The notes beneath the pieces were generated by a model that saw nothing but the letters and a program-made list of their open reading frames with translations, was not told the origin of the DNA and did no database searches. Positions 27,057 through 41,200 of a stretch of 64,000 bases of DNA are shown piece after piece. Position numbers and translations under genes: made by a program. The DNA comes from Schmidtea polychroa (lineage: Eukaryota), in the NCBI GenBank assembly GCA_044892525.1, contig CM097888.1, positions 82,460,001 through 82,524,000 on the forward strand. The letters are read 5' to 3'. Position 1 is the stretch's first letter, and each line of letters begins with the position of its first letter.

Positions 27057-29670
27057 TTAAATGTCAAAATGAATGTCAGAGAGGTATGTTATCTGACGAT
27101 GTACCCTGTTTGGTGGGTCTTTCATGGTGAGGTAGTGGATAAGAGGTTTGTGATCAGTGAAGACTGTGAATTGTCTATTTTCTAAAATGTGACCAAAATG
27201 CTTAACAGCTAGAAAAATTGCAAGTAATTCTCTGTCAAATGCACTGTACTTTGACTCTGCCGATGAAAATTTTCTAGAGAAAAATTCTATTGGGAGTGAA
27301 ACATTGTCTTTAATTTGATGAAGAACTGCGCCGGCGGCGATATTTGATGCATCTGTTGTGAGGGTGAATGGGAGGTCATGACTCAGGTAGTGAAGAGTTG
27401 TTATCTTGGATAGAGCGTTTTTGACTGTGCTGAATGCATCACGCGTTGTGTCAGACCAGTTAATGGTGGAGTTTTTCTTTCCTTTGTTCAGTGCTGAAAG
27501 AAGTGCCGTTATGTGTGATGCGTTTTTTATGAATCTGTGACAGAAATTGACGATGCCCAAAAAGCTACGTAGTTGTGTTATGGTGGCGGGTAACGGAAAG
27601 CTGCGGATTACGTCAAGTCGTTCAGGAAAAGGTTCGCAATCCGTAGATGAGAGTATGTGACCAAGGAATCTGAGGCGTTTTTGAAAGAAATTGCATTTAT
27701 TTACATTGATCTGTAAGTTATAACGGTTCAATATGTCAAGAACAGCGTGTAGATTTTTGTTGTTGGTGTCGCGGTTGGGTGATGCTACGATTATATCGTC
27801 GAGGTATGCAAAAGCGTGGTGGACGTCCCAGAAAATTGTGTCCATGAAGCGTTGTAAAGACTGAGCTGTATTCCTTAGGCCAAAAGGCATGAATATGTAT
27901 TTGAAATTTCCAAATGGTGTGGTTACAGCGGTTTTGGGAACGTCATAGATGTGTACAGGAAACTGATGGTGGGCTTTCAAAAGTTCAATATTTGAAAATA
28001 TGGTGGATTGTGAAAAGCGGGTTATTAAATCTTTGGTAAGTGGCATTGGGTATGCATCGTGAACGGTCCACTTGATTGAGTTGACGGTAGTCACCGCACG
28101 GCCTGAGTGAACCGTCTTTCTTGGTGATTACGTGTATTGATGACGCCTATGGAGATGAAGAACGGTGTATAATGCCTGATGGGTGGGAGGGTCTGGCTCG
28201 GTTGTGTTGTGGTATGCACGGTAATGTCGGAATATAATGAGTCGATAGAGTTGTAAGTGGTATGATAGGGGATTTTGTGATGAGGTTTGGGTATGTGGTA
28301 GAGATTGTCTCGATTATGTCGTGCATTGGCTCTGAATTAGGTGAGTGTTGGATATCTGACATGTGTTTATTGCGTTCTATCGTGTCAGTAGATTGGATAA
28401 AGCTGAGTAGGGTCTTTGGAGATGTCTGTGTAGAGATTGATGTTCTGTTTGGTGATACATTTGTGGATATAGGATTGAGATGTCTGTTTATAGTGAATAG
28501 TTGTCGATTTTTGCAGTCTATCATGAGGGATTATTCGCTGAGGAAATCGGAGCTTAGTATTGGATGAAATGTGTCTGCTATGTGCAAATTGTGAGTGAAA
28601 GTTGAGTTCAATGTCGGTAGCTTGAATGAAAGTTTATTTGTTCTCAAAAATTGTATCGGTGTGCCATTGGCTGCCAATACGGTGAAAGGATATTTAAGAT
28701 CTGGAGTTATACTGGTTGGGAGGATCGAACATATCGATCCGGAGTCGACGAGGAAGTGAATTGATGAGCTGGAATTGAAAGTGGCTTCAACTGTAAAGAT
28801 GTTGTTGATCGCAAAGGCACCGCCTGAAAATCCAGGGTTTACAGACGGTAAAGTTAGTTTTGTTTTGGGGGGATTGGAGTAGTTTTTGTCGTATTGTGGT
28901 TTGTTTGAGTGACGATTCACAAAAGTACAGCCTGGAAGACATTTCTGTGCATGTAACCCGAAGAGGTTGTGGTAAATGCAGATGGGAATAAATCTTAAGG
29001 TTAACGGGGGGTTTGGCCAAGAACATCCTATGTGACATGTTATAGCGTCCGATGAAAACATTTTGTGAAAAAACCAGTCAGAGGTAGAAAAGAGTTCGAC
29101 CTGTCCGTTCTTTTGGAGTATGGAATTTGTCGAGGGGGGTTAGTTAACGTGGCGACAGCTTTTGTAAAGGAGGATATCTGTTCTTGAATCGAGGGGTAGG
29201 AGACGGATGAGATGGATGTGGGTGTGTCTGGTGATCAGTTTATCAGCGATTTTTGCCAGGTGGAAAGGATCGTCTGAATCGGCGACGAGTAGGCAGGTTT
29301 GGACGTGATGTGGGAGTGCTGTTAAAAAATAGTGGCATAGGATAGCAGTGTTTTTTGATAGACCGGTATGAGCGTTTTTTAGGTCTCGTACGAGTTGGGA
29401 TAAAAATTATGATGGTACTTGGCTTGCGTATGGAGTTGGTTTTGATAGTTTCTCGACTGATGAGGTATTTGTGGGTGAGTATTTTTTATGTATCGCTGTT
29501 TTGATGGACTCGTAAGGGTTTTCGGAGTCTAATACGTCAGCAATTTGTAAACCTAATTCTGACATTAATTTGTCAGGTATCGCGTCTAACAAGAGGTCTT
29601 GTCTAGATTTGGGGTGGCATTTGTGCGCGTCACAAAAATGCGGAACCAAGATGATGGTGTGCCGTCTGAG
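27057..29670 (-). mobile_element. Ty3/Gypsy retrotransposon remnant (gag-protease-RT-RNase H; no integrase or LTR seen)
   Basis: gag-like SSWFRIF..LLLDAIPDKL..NPYESIK, protease FLVDSGSICSILP, RT KKDGSLRPCGDYRQLN..MPFGLRN..AYLDDIIVAS, RNase H TDASNIAAGAVL..DRELLAIFLAVKHF..TDHKPL. Several frameshifts. Confidence 0.95.
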
Positions 29671-30184
29671 TCTAAAAAATATTAATTATTAATATTTGAT
29701 CCATTGATTTTAACTCGATTTGATGATTCTTCGACTTCTTCAGTAACTTCTGCAACTTCTTCAACTTGTTCGACTTCAGTGACTTTGTTAGACATGTTTG
29801 AATTTGATGATTTTTTAAATTGAATTTGATGATGATTTTCGAAAAGTCAAAAGTAAAGGATTATTTAAACAACCGTTTTTAATTTTTCATTTTAATTTAA
29901 TTAATGTAATAATATATTTTTAGTTCAATTATTAAATTGATAAATGTGCTAGTCAGAGGCACTACGTGGTGTTTTATTTGAATATAAAAATATAGCTTTT
30001 TAAAAGAGAATAATGTGTTTTGATTCATATAGGACATAAAAATAACTAATTATATAAAGCTGGAATTTGAACTTAAAAAATCGTAATTTTGACTGGTTAT
30101 TGCTAGTATTTTAATAATTGAAAAAAAATATTATTAAACTGAAAGTTTTATAAAATAAATTTTTGAAATTTGTATTGTTTCCAG

Positions 30185-32454
30185 ACTCTTAGTTTGATAA
30201 CCAATTTCGGTGTATCAATTTTTTTCTTTCTTTCAATATGTGGATCAAATTGGATATTAACAGCAAATTTTAGAGTTGGATTGTGGGAAGAATGTGTAAA
30301 AGATTTCAATTTCAGTATGGAAGTTGCATGCAACAGAAATCCGTGTTTTAGAGGTAAATTTTTTAATTAATTTCGTTTACGTAAATCTCACCCATTTTTT
30401 TGAGCGCATATTATTGCAATATGTTAAATATTGGATTATATTTTGTTATATTATTGAAAATATAAGGAATTATAAAATCTTAATAGATATAATTATAATA
30501 TTCCAGTTAATTTTATATTAAGATATTTTAGTTTTGTTTTTGTTTTACACAAGTAAATTCTGCTGTTTTCTAATATAATTTTTTCACAACATCACATTTT
30601 CGACAAGAATCTTTCTCGGTATCTAATTGATTTTCTTCTGACTTGATTTAGGATTTTACACATTTCTACTTTTATATTTTTCTCTAAGCTTAGTTTTTTA
30701 GATTTTGGTTTTTGTTTCTTCACTGATAAATGAAATGCATATACTCCCAAAAGCTTCATTTGCACAAAAGTTTCTCAGCAATTCCTTTTTGTGGCCAAAC
30801 CTTATTTTTTTCAGCACGTGGTATGGTTACAATTATCTACAATGGTTTTAATATCTTTAATAATATTCTTCCAATGAAAAAATTGTTTTAACAAGTTCCG
30901 TTGTTTTTTCGACTCCTGGGTGCTCACATTTATTATAATAAAGCTCTAATATTTTAAACTTTTCCTTTGATGATAAATCTTTTATTATTCTGAAATGATC
31001 TTCATATTTTACTTTTAATAAATCTTAGAAACTTTTATTCACTTGCCTAACATATTCTGTATTTTTCGCTTTAAGCTTCTTCCTTAATTGGAAATCCTCT
31101 ATAGTAGAAATGATGATAAAAGAAATTCTAACGGAAACAAATGAAAGGTGAAAAAATACAAATTATCTTATTGATACTTCATAATTCACATTTCCTATAG
31201 CAATTAATTTATTATCAAATATCAAATTCATAAATTTAATACGGCCTGCTATTAGTGTCTGATTTAAATTTGAGAGATCGCATAAAAAATGTCTTTTTTC
31301 CCTTACATTTCTGTTTTTAATTTTGCTTTGTATTTTCAAAATTTATACTAAATAATTATTGGTGGCCATTAATTCCCCTATATATCCATATAATAATTAA
31401 TTGATACCTTTTCATGTTCTTACTGTTTCTCAAATATCGCCATGTCTTGCTTCTCAAAAACAAATAATAATTTTTCTTTTCATATTTTGTTTATGATATT
31501 CATCAATATTCTTTCATTCTAATATTTCAACAACTCCATAAACATGAAAATTTGCACAATTACTACAAATAAAAAAATATTTTAATTGATAAATTAAGAT
31601 TCATATTTAAAAATTATTAATTTTTACATGCTATATTAAAATTTTATTTAGATTATGTTCATGTATTTGTTGTCAGTTGTACCTTAGGTTTAGTACTCTC
31701 AATTATATCTACAGTAATATTAGCATTCGGGATGAAAGCTAAGCATTTGAAAAGAAAGTCAACGATGTATAATATTGTCATTGGATTACATATAATTGAA
31801 GGTTCGGATTATGTTATTTTTATAATCATTGACTTANNNNNNNNNNNNNNNNNNNNNNNNNNNNNNNNNNNNNNNNNNNNNNNNNNNNNNNNNNNNNNNN
31901 NNNNNNNNNNNNNNNNNNNNNNNNNNNNNNNNNNNNNNNNNNNNNNNNNNNNNNNNNNNNNNNNNNNNNNNNNNNNNNNNNNNNNNNNNNNNNNNNNNNN
32001 NNNNNNNNNNNNNNNNNNNNNNNNNNNNNNNNNNNNNNNNNNNNNNNNNNNNNNNNNNNNNNNNNNNNNNNNNNNNNNNNNNNNNNNNNNNNNNNNNNNN
32101 NNNNNNNNNNNNNNNNNNNNNNNNNNNNNNNNNNNNNNNNNNNNNNNNNNNNNNNNNNNNNNNNNNNNNNNNNNNNNNNAATCCATTTCGATATTAATTA
32201 AATTTTTTATTTCAGCAATTTTTTTTATGATTTCATTAATTGGATATCCGATCAGTTTCATTAAAGATACAACTGTCATTCAACGCTCTCATGCTCATGG
32301 GGAAATGTGGGGTATTGGCTGGTCATATGTAGTAGGATGGCTTGGGGTTATAGCTATTGGTGTTTCAACAGGTTTGCTATATTTTGATAAAGACAGTGAA
32401 GAAGTAATTTTTTATGAAAAGATATCAAGAAATTCTTGTCCAAATTGTGTTTAA
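30185..32454 (+). CDS. TMEM47: PMP22/claudin-superfamily tetraspan membrane protein, TMEM47/VAB-9-like; exons 30185-30353, 31652-31801, 32216-32454; first exon not resolved
   Basis: GT-AG phase-1 joins give ..SNWI....VGLWEEC......ACNR (claudin W-GLW-C-C loop), four hydrophobic segments, IGWSYVVGW and the FDKDSEEVIFYEK tail typical of invertebrate TMEM47-like proteins. Confidence 0.8.
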
Positions 32455-33399
32455 TTCATTCGTCCCTTTATTTAGATAATGTTTATTTACTTAATAAATT
32501 ATTTTCTTACTTTATTTGCAGGTTATGTAAATTGATATACAAAAATATTTGATATTAATTTTTTGTTTTAGAATTTTTATTGATTAATCGCTCTTTTTAT
32601 CACTATTGACCAATCCTTTGGCAATATGAAATTTTTTCACAAATGTGCCAAAAATGTTCAGGATAATAATAAAAAATTTTTATTTAGCTTTTGTCAGCCT
32701 CGTGTAACCTTTGCATAGGTCCCATATTAGACGGAATTACTTTTCATTGGACGAAAATTAATATTATACAATATTTGTGTAAGATTGTTCATTTAAAAGT
32801 TGAAAGTTGTATGAAAAAAACTTAATTATTTTAAATATTTAAAAAAATAAAAGTTTTTAATAATCAAAATCTTTGAAAGATTAAACTAAATAATGCATTT
32901 TCAGTCTTATACATTCTTTATAATTTCTTTATAAAAATAGTATGGCTCTCTGGAGCAGTGGCTTTTTAGCGACGATTGTATAGAAAATCCCTGGGACTTT
33001 AAAATACCATGGCCTTTTAGTGTACAAAAAATTCCAATAGTCCAAAGAGACTAGTGTGAATTTGAAAAAATATAGTGTAACCCTCTGGAGCAGAAAAAAA
33101 ATTGAGACTGAAAACCCTCTGACCATAGTGTGAGTTTCATATGAAAATCAAAAAGTCATCCAACTTATCATCAACCAAATGTTTAATTTCCCTGCTTAAT
33201 TATTTCCGTCAAACCCATAGCATATTACTAAGTTATGTTTGAGTTTATCCCAAGAACATGAGATGTTAAGTTTAAATAACGTAAAAAAGTGCAATCTATC
33301 CATTAATGCAATATAATAACAAATTTACGATTTTCTGTTTGTAATTTTTAAAATCTGTTACATCTTCTTTATAAAAGCTGTTGATGCATTTTTAAATAG

Positions 33400-33830
33400 T
33401 TGATGGACTTTTGGCAGTTATAACCTTTTTGTTGCACTTAACCGGCTATAGCTTGAGATTTACTCATTACTGTGATTGCCATTTCATCTGCAGTTTCCAA
33501 AGCTGCGACATTTAACAATATTTCGAAATTCTTTTATTACAAATTTCAAAATAGTGCTTGGTTTATTCTGACTACTCGTTCCTATGTGCGCACATACATT
33601 TTGTTTGTCATTTTGCAGAGCAGTAGTTCAGTTTGTAATTGTGTGCGAATATGTGTCGAAATTTTATTTGTTTTTGGAGTTTCTGGATTTTGGACTCAAT
33701 AGATTTGAATTTTGATTCCTGCTGGCTTTGTTATGATATATTGTGGAGTAATTCGAATTCCTGTGTCTTTTGTTTGAAAAATAAAATTTTCTCGTCGAAT
33801 TTTTTTGTTATTCATTTTTAAATAATTGAT
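33400..33830 (-). mobile_element. Highly degenerate DNA-transposase-like remnant
   Basis: Minus-strand FRHIFAHNYKLNYCSAK*QTKCMC resembles the (Y/F)xxIFxxxFNL..DTCxxC motif of several cut-and-paste transposases. Many stops. Confidence 0.3.
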
Positions 33831-33898
33831 GAGATACCGAAAATGGAAGATGATATTAATAATTGACAATATATATTGTATGCTCTAAAATCTGTATA

Positions 33899-34365
33899 CC
33901 ATTTATTATAGGTAGATCTCGCCATCAAGGTGTTATAATTGGAATACGGCAGAAAGATAGCTAGGTAGACGATGAAGCTCAATCTAAAATAGGTATATTG
34001 ACAATAAGCTATTCCATCGAACACGGCATTGTTACTAACTTGAATGATGTAAAAAGATCTGGCGTCATACATTTTAAAATTAATTGAGAATTTCCTCAAA
34101 GTAACCTATTTCTCTTAAACAAAGCACCACTGAATCCAAAAGCTAACAAAGAAAAAACGGCTCAAATTGTATTTGAAATATTCAATGGTCTTGCTCTGTA
34201 TGTTGCCATTCAAGCAGTTCGTTCTTTGTACACAACTGATCGTACAACAGATTTTGTTTTAGATTTTGGAGATAATGTACCATATACCATACCAATTTAT
34301 AAGATTTATGCATTGCCACATGTAATTTGCAGAATTGATTTGACAGATTAATTGATGAAAATTAA
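33899..34365 (+). pseudogene. ACT: Actin pseudogene fragment (approx. residues 32-190)
   Basis: Decayed [88 protein letters not shown], with stops and frameshifts. Confidence 0.93.
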
Positions 34366-34847
34366 ATTATTACTTATATTATTATATTATTACTTGTTTC
34401 AGCTTTTTCTTAGGAATATTATCTTATCAATCATTTTCAATTGATACTGATTTCAATGTAAGTATATTGTGCGTAGTTTCAAATGGTTAATCATAGCAGT
34501 GGTTAAACTTTCCATCCTATGCTCGTGTTGCACGTATCACATGTGGCTCAAAACATTTTAATTTATTTAAAATAAACTTCCAAAACCATCGTCATTTCTC
34601 CACGTTTAGTCATTTATAAAAAAAATTATGAATTTCTTTTTGTACTTGTGGTTTTCTTTTCATTTTCTGACATATCAATGTAAACTATTTTGGCACTATT
34701 TTGAACTATTTTGAAGAGCTTTACTTTAAAACGACACCTGAAACTAATACATGTATATGTTTTTGACGTGTTAACGCAAAAAGAATATTTTCTTTGTTTC
34801 ATGATTATTTGACAGAACCTAAATTTTTTTTAAATTTTCATTATAAT

Positions 34848-34936
34848 GCTTGGAATACGGCAGAAAGATAGTTACGTAGACAATGAAGCTCAATCTAAGA
34901 GAGGTATTTTGACAATAAACTATCCCATTGAACAAT
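34848..34936 (+). pseudogene. ACT: Second short actin fragment (duplicate of ~33938-34025)
   Basis: [27 protein letters not shown]. Confidence 0.85.
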
Positions 34937-35236
34937 TTTTCTTATTTAAATTTTGTTAAAATTTTCTATTTTTTAAATAATGAAAAAGGTAATTTTTTCA
35001 TTAAAACCGAATTCAAATTAGAAACTAAAAGCAATTAAATATAAATACTTAAATAATAAGTTTTATTTTTAAATATTTGTTTTACTATATTAATGCAATT
35101 TTAAACCCAGCTTCTGAAATTCAAAATATGAATTTATTTATTTATTAGACAAATTTATTTTTCAAATTTTAAATGAAGTTGTTATAGTAAAAATCTTCCA
35201 AATTTTTTAGTACTTTTTATTACAATTGATTCTATT

Positions 35237-38200
35237 ATGACCGATAAAGTTTCATTGCAATTAAATGAACCAAATGAAGAACCCAAAGTTAAGTTTAGTG
35301 TACCCAGTAAAAAGCAATCTAAAAGATCATGTTGTCTTTTTGAAAGATCAAGTGGAAATATTGTCAATTTAAGATATAATTCCAAGGTTTTGGAAGATTA
35401 TTATCAAGAATGTTCTCTTTTACAGGCAGTTAATAGATTTAGATTTTCCTGTTTGTTTTCCATGGTCATTTCCATCGTTTGGATTATTTATTTTTTCACA
35501 AAAATTGAAAATTCAGTTTGGTATATAGTTTCTTTGTTTTCAGCTCTTTTTGTTTTTGGTATCTTGCTGGGCTTAACGTTTGCTAATGAATTCTTTAGAA
35601 AGTGGTATAATTGGTTATATTTGATTCTTGGCTTATTTCTAGGGTTCTATTCAATTGTTTCATTTTTTACTTCTTCTCCTTTAGTTAGTTTAATGTTCAA
35701 TTTGTTTTTAAATATCCAAACTATTTTATTGTTATATACAATGATACCAGTTCGTCTTTGGCAAGCAATATTTATTTCAGCTGTGTTAAGTGTTTTATTC
35801 ATTGTTCTTGTTGCTGCCCATTACCAATTGTTGAGCTGGAGTTTACTAATAACATTAATTTTACTAGAATTTGTTGCTCATGAAGTCGGATTAGTTCATC
35901 ATCTTATGTCTCAAGTAAATATTTATTTATTGAAAAATGCACTGAATTATTTAATATTTAATAATTAATTTATAAATTGCTGAATTTCAATTTTAAAATG
36001 TTACATTTAATTAATTGTTTATGAAACTAATTGACGAAATTATATGAAAAAATTATTGAGAATCCAAATATATTTTTCAATATTTAAATTAAATTTTTTT
36101 TAAATAAACAATTTTAAATATTCAAAGTAAGTTTTCTCTAATTACCGTATATAATAGCGTATAAGTCGAGAAATTTACGTCAAATTTTCAAGTCAAAATA
36201 GCCACTTCGACTTATACGCGGGTCAAAAACCGTACAAATTAATTTTTAATGAAATTATTAAACTTTTTATTTTTGTTACTTCGACTTATACGCGGGTTTC
36301 CAATTTAGGACTTAAAAACCTCTTAAAATTTACTCGACTTATACGCGAGTATATACGGTAAATTCCTTTAGGGTCTTCTTTCAAAAATTTTTACGGTTGA
36401 GGAATCCGTACTCTTAGCATTACGTAGATCACTGGGTTTTGTGCATAGTTGCACTCAGTTAAGGACCAAGGTAAATACAATCCCGGATAATATAATATAA
36501 TCCTTTTTTAATATGACGTGACAAAGATCAAAACCCCTTCACCAAAAAATGACAGAATTAAAAATACTCATTGCTTCATTTGAATAATGAAAAAAAACTT
36601 TAAAAATATCAAAAGAAATTTATTCTTCTTCATCACTAAATGACGAAAAAAAGTGATACTTTGTAGAATGAAAAGGAGTAGCAATACAAAAATTAATTTT
36701 TTTAAATGCACTATAATTTAATGATTTGAGTTTAAAATAAGGACCAGTTTCAAAATTTTAATTATTTCAGATAATTAACTTTTGGTTTGATTTTAAATAG
36801 TAATTCTTTATTTTTTTTGAATAGTTAATTCTATGACTACTCAAATTAAAATCTAAAGATAACCGTATAAATAATTGAATAATCAAAAAATCAAAAAAAA
36901 AAATTAGTGATGTTTTATTGTTAAATTTTTATATCAATTACTGTTTTAGTGACAAAGTCTTGATATGGAGTATTTGGTATTTATGAAAGATAGGCAAACG
37001 CATCAAATATCATTATACTTCATTGAACTTGTTATACGTTATAAAAATTTAAAAGCCTCGAATTATTACAACATCTACAATTTTCAAAGATTATTTGACA
37101 AATTATGTCACAAATTGTCTAATTGAGGGAACCTATGCATTTCATTTGTTTAAAGAATATGGTCAAAATCATTATAAGTTTGTAAATCTGAATAATGCAA
37201 TTTAATTCTTATCAATTCTTTGAAACGAAAGTTTTAAAATGTTGTTAACTACCTCATTTCAAACTTATTTTTCTTTTAATTTTCAAACTCAATGTCATGA
37301 AAATTCATAAAAACAATAAATTTTTAATGTACTGTCATGTTCATATAATATAAAAAAGGAGAGTGTGACTTCAAATAATGTGACGTGCATTTGTTCATAA
37401 ATACTTCTTTTACGAGTTTAAAATAAGTTTTCAAGTTAGGTTTNNNNNNNNNNNNNNNNNNNNNNNNNNNNNNNNNNNNNNNNNNNNNNNNNNNNNNNNN
37501 NNNNNNNNNNNNNNNNNNNNNNNNNNNNNNNNNNNNNNNNNNNNNNNNNNNNNNNNNNNNNNNNNNNNNNNNNNNNNNNNNNNNNNNNNNNNNNNNNNNN
37601 NNNNNNNNNNNNNNNNNNNNNNNNNNNNNNNNNNNNNNNNNNNNNNNNNNNNNNNNNNNNNNNNNNNNNNNNNATTAAATGTACATTATTATTTAAAAAA
37701 TGAAATAAAGAGCTCTAAAATCTTAAATTCTTAAAATACATTGCAAAATTAAATTTTAGTTAGAATCCTAATTCTGATGAAATTCAAAACATTTTCACAT
37801 TTAGTGTATTTTTCAGAAATTCTTAAGAATTGAAACATTCATCATATTTACAAAAGTCAGAAGTGTCAAAAGCGATTAGGTAAAAGTAAATCAGAAACCT
37901 ATAAAATGTTTATTTTCTATCAGAAAAATGTTTTTAATGTTTTCAGTTTTAAACCTTTTAAACCTATCTTTATTCTTCTCGACATGTTGTTTTCTATTTG
38001 CATATTTTAGTTAGGTTCATCTATCCTTAACTATCGTTAACTCATAAAAAAGAGTTATATATTCATATGGATCCAATTTTAATTTTATTTAACATTATAA
38101 AAATTTTATTAATTCTATTAAAATTTACGAACCACTTGAAAGTTCTAGAGATTTCAATAACTAACTACTGCAATATATACATTTGTTACGCTTAAAAACT

Positions 38201-41200
38201 AAATAATTTTTGATAGATCGATGTACTTTTATAAATATTTTTAATAATTTCTTTTAGCGATAAACTGATCTGTAGAATATTTTATTTTAATTAAATTTCT
38301 AACTGAAATTCTAGAAATAATTACAACACAGAGTTTATATTTTAAAGAAAGATAAATATTTTTGAACCTGACATTTATCATATTTTAACGAAATTCTTTT
38401 TGCTTTTCATATGAATATTTGTCTCATTATATAACTGAAAATATTTCAAAATCAGAAAAGTGATTTATTATTGAAATTAGACTTAAATTGAAAACAGAAA
38501 CATTTAAATATTAAATAATTTTAGGATTGTTATATCTGTGATAAATAATAAAAATCCTTATATAATAATTTCCATTTCGATGTATGATGCATGGTGTCCA
38601 AAGAAATTTATCACGAAAATCAAAAGTTATGGAGAGCTGAAAATAAAATAGAAATTTATGAATGTTTTTGAACTTGAATTACTCCTGGGTTTGCTAGAGA
38701 AGGCGACGAAATTTATTATTAAATTTTCTCATATCTATTTATTTCAAAGAATACTATTTCATTTGACCGAGAAACTGATTAAAATCAGTAGAAAAGCTAA
38801 AATATTATAATTAATATACAAGTGTGATTGAGTAACAATTGTAGACCTTTATTGCAAATTACATTTAACGAGAATTTTCGATTATTAAATAATATTTTTC
38901 AATCTAATCCGAATTATTACTAATACTGTTANNNNNNNNNNNNNNNNNNNNNNNNNNNNNNNNNNNNNNNNNNNNNNNNNNNNNNNNNNNNNNNNNNNNN
39001 NNNNNNNNNNNNNNNNNNNNNNNNNNNNNNNNNNNNNNNNNNNNNNNNNNNNNNNNNNNNNNNNNNNNNNNNNNNNNNNNNNNNNNNNNNNNATCTTGGA
39101 CATTGAGAAAAGCTCTGACAAACAACACAAATAGAGAAAACAATTGCACAATGGAAAACTACCAGACACCGAAAGATATGTACTTTAGAAAAAACATCCT
39201 CTATTGCATCACGTGCAATGTATGCAAGGAAATATACATTGGATAAGTACACTCAGGACCTTGCACCAAAGAGTTAAATATTATTTAGATCCTGAGGAAA
39301 ATCCTCGATAAACAGACATTTCCAACAATGTCAACCAACAAAGAAAAGAAAAAATATTTCAATCGAAATCATAGCCAACGGAAACATCCAAAAAAATGTC
39401 AGATTCAAAGAAGCAATTCTCATTATAAACAGACGGTCAAAAATCAATAATAAAGAAGAAATCAATGAAATCTTCAATTTGATCTGTTGTCATTGACCTT
39501 GAGAATAACTGATAATATATAAAAAAATATAATAAATTAAAAAAAGTAATAATTAAAATAATATAGAAATTTTAGGAAATAGGCTTTCAAAAGATAGTAT
39601 TTAAAAATCAAAATTGACACATTTATTGAAATATTTAAATAGCGTATATAAATAGTTATTGAAGGCTTTATTTTATAAATATTTTAAAATATTTTGAAAT
39701 ATTTTGTTGGAGTAGGCTTCTAGGGGCTAATTATAGAAGCTTTAAAAATTTAGAAATTTTAGTTGGTGTCATTTTGAATTTTAAATGATATTTATTTTAA
39801 TTTTAAATAAAATTTTTAAAAATTCAGAAAAAGAAAGTATATCATTATATAATATTTATAACCAATGAGAAGTAAGAAAAAAGAAATAAAAGAACGATAG
39901 AAATGTATGTTCGGGAAGAAGATTGCTAAATTCCAGGAGATTGACAAGAACTATCTTATAGTCGAAAAGTTTTTCATTAAATACATTATTTGCAACAAAA
40001 GGCTTANNNNNNNNNNNNNNNNNNNNNNNNNNNNNNNNNNNNNNNNNNNNNNNNNNNNNNNNNNNNNNNNNNNNNNNNNNNNNNNNNNNNNNNNNNNNNN
40101 NNNNNNNNNNNNNNNNNNNNNNNNNNNNNNNNNNNNNNNNNNNNNNNNNNNNNNGGTAACTATACTATTAAGCAAACTTAGTTTTATTCTGATTTAATAT
40201 CTATGTCATTGTAATTAAAGTAATCTGAAATACATAACAATAAAAGAGATGCACAAAAAATCTATTGCTTAATCATTATTCGAAAAACGCTTTTGAATGT
40301 ATTGCACAATACGAATTATGAACTAATGAAAAAACTTTCTCTTTTTAACTTTTTTCCTACTGTGATGCTTTCTTTACTAAACCTCATCATACATCTTTAT
40401 TTAACCTAACATTATTTCACATAATTTTTATTAGTTCAAAGTGACAAAATCTCAAACTGAGATAAATAAAAAATTATTTTGTTAATATCTAAACCATGAA
40501 CGGGGGTTTTTTGACTTCCCTTTAAAAATGTGCGCGAAAGAATTTTGCGAGTTTTATTTTAAATATCATAATTACATTCTACTAAAGACAAGTTATTAAA
40601 CATATTTTTTAAAATTAATTTTTTTATGTAGCAATCTAGTTGTTTTGGTAATATGAAAACATAACATTTTAAATATATTTTGAAATTACTCGTTGAAATA
40701 GGCATATGTTTTAACTATTATATTTATCTTTTGGTTTCCCCTTTGATCTTTTTTTTAATTCAATAATTTTCATATTAATGTTTGTAAGACTATAAATTCA
40801 CATGATATTTCAGCACAGCCTTTATCAAGTGTTTAACCTTTTCCAGTCCTGACTTTTGAAAATGATTTAGATAAAAACTAACTTTTTATTATAAATAAAC
40901 GCAATTTATCATGATGTTTGAAAAAATCTTTCGGTATTGAGAAGACAAATTCATTGATAATAAAAAGTCACAAGTTTCTAGTTGTTAAATTAATATATTC
41001 TTATAATTAATATACTTTTGTTCTTTGTATAAATGAAATCTTGTATAACATCAAATTATGAAAAAGTGAAAATTGCTTTCCAGAATTTTGTAAACAGTAT
41101 AAAAATGAAGTCGCATTAACGCTTAAACATAACAAATATTTTGAAATGAAATGTAAATAAAGATTTCTATTTTTCTCACAAAATACCTTGAATACGTAGT

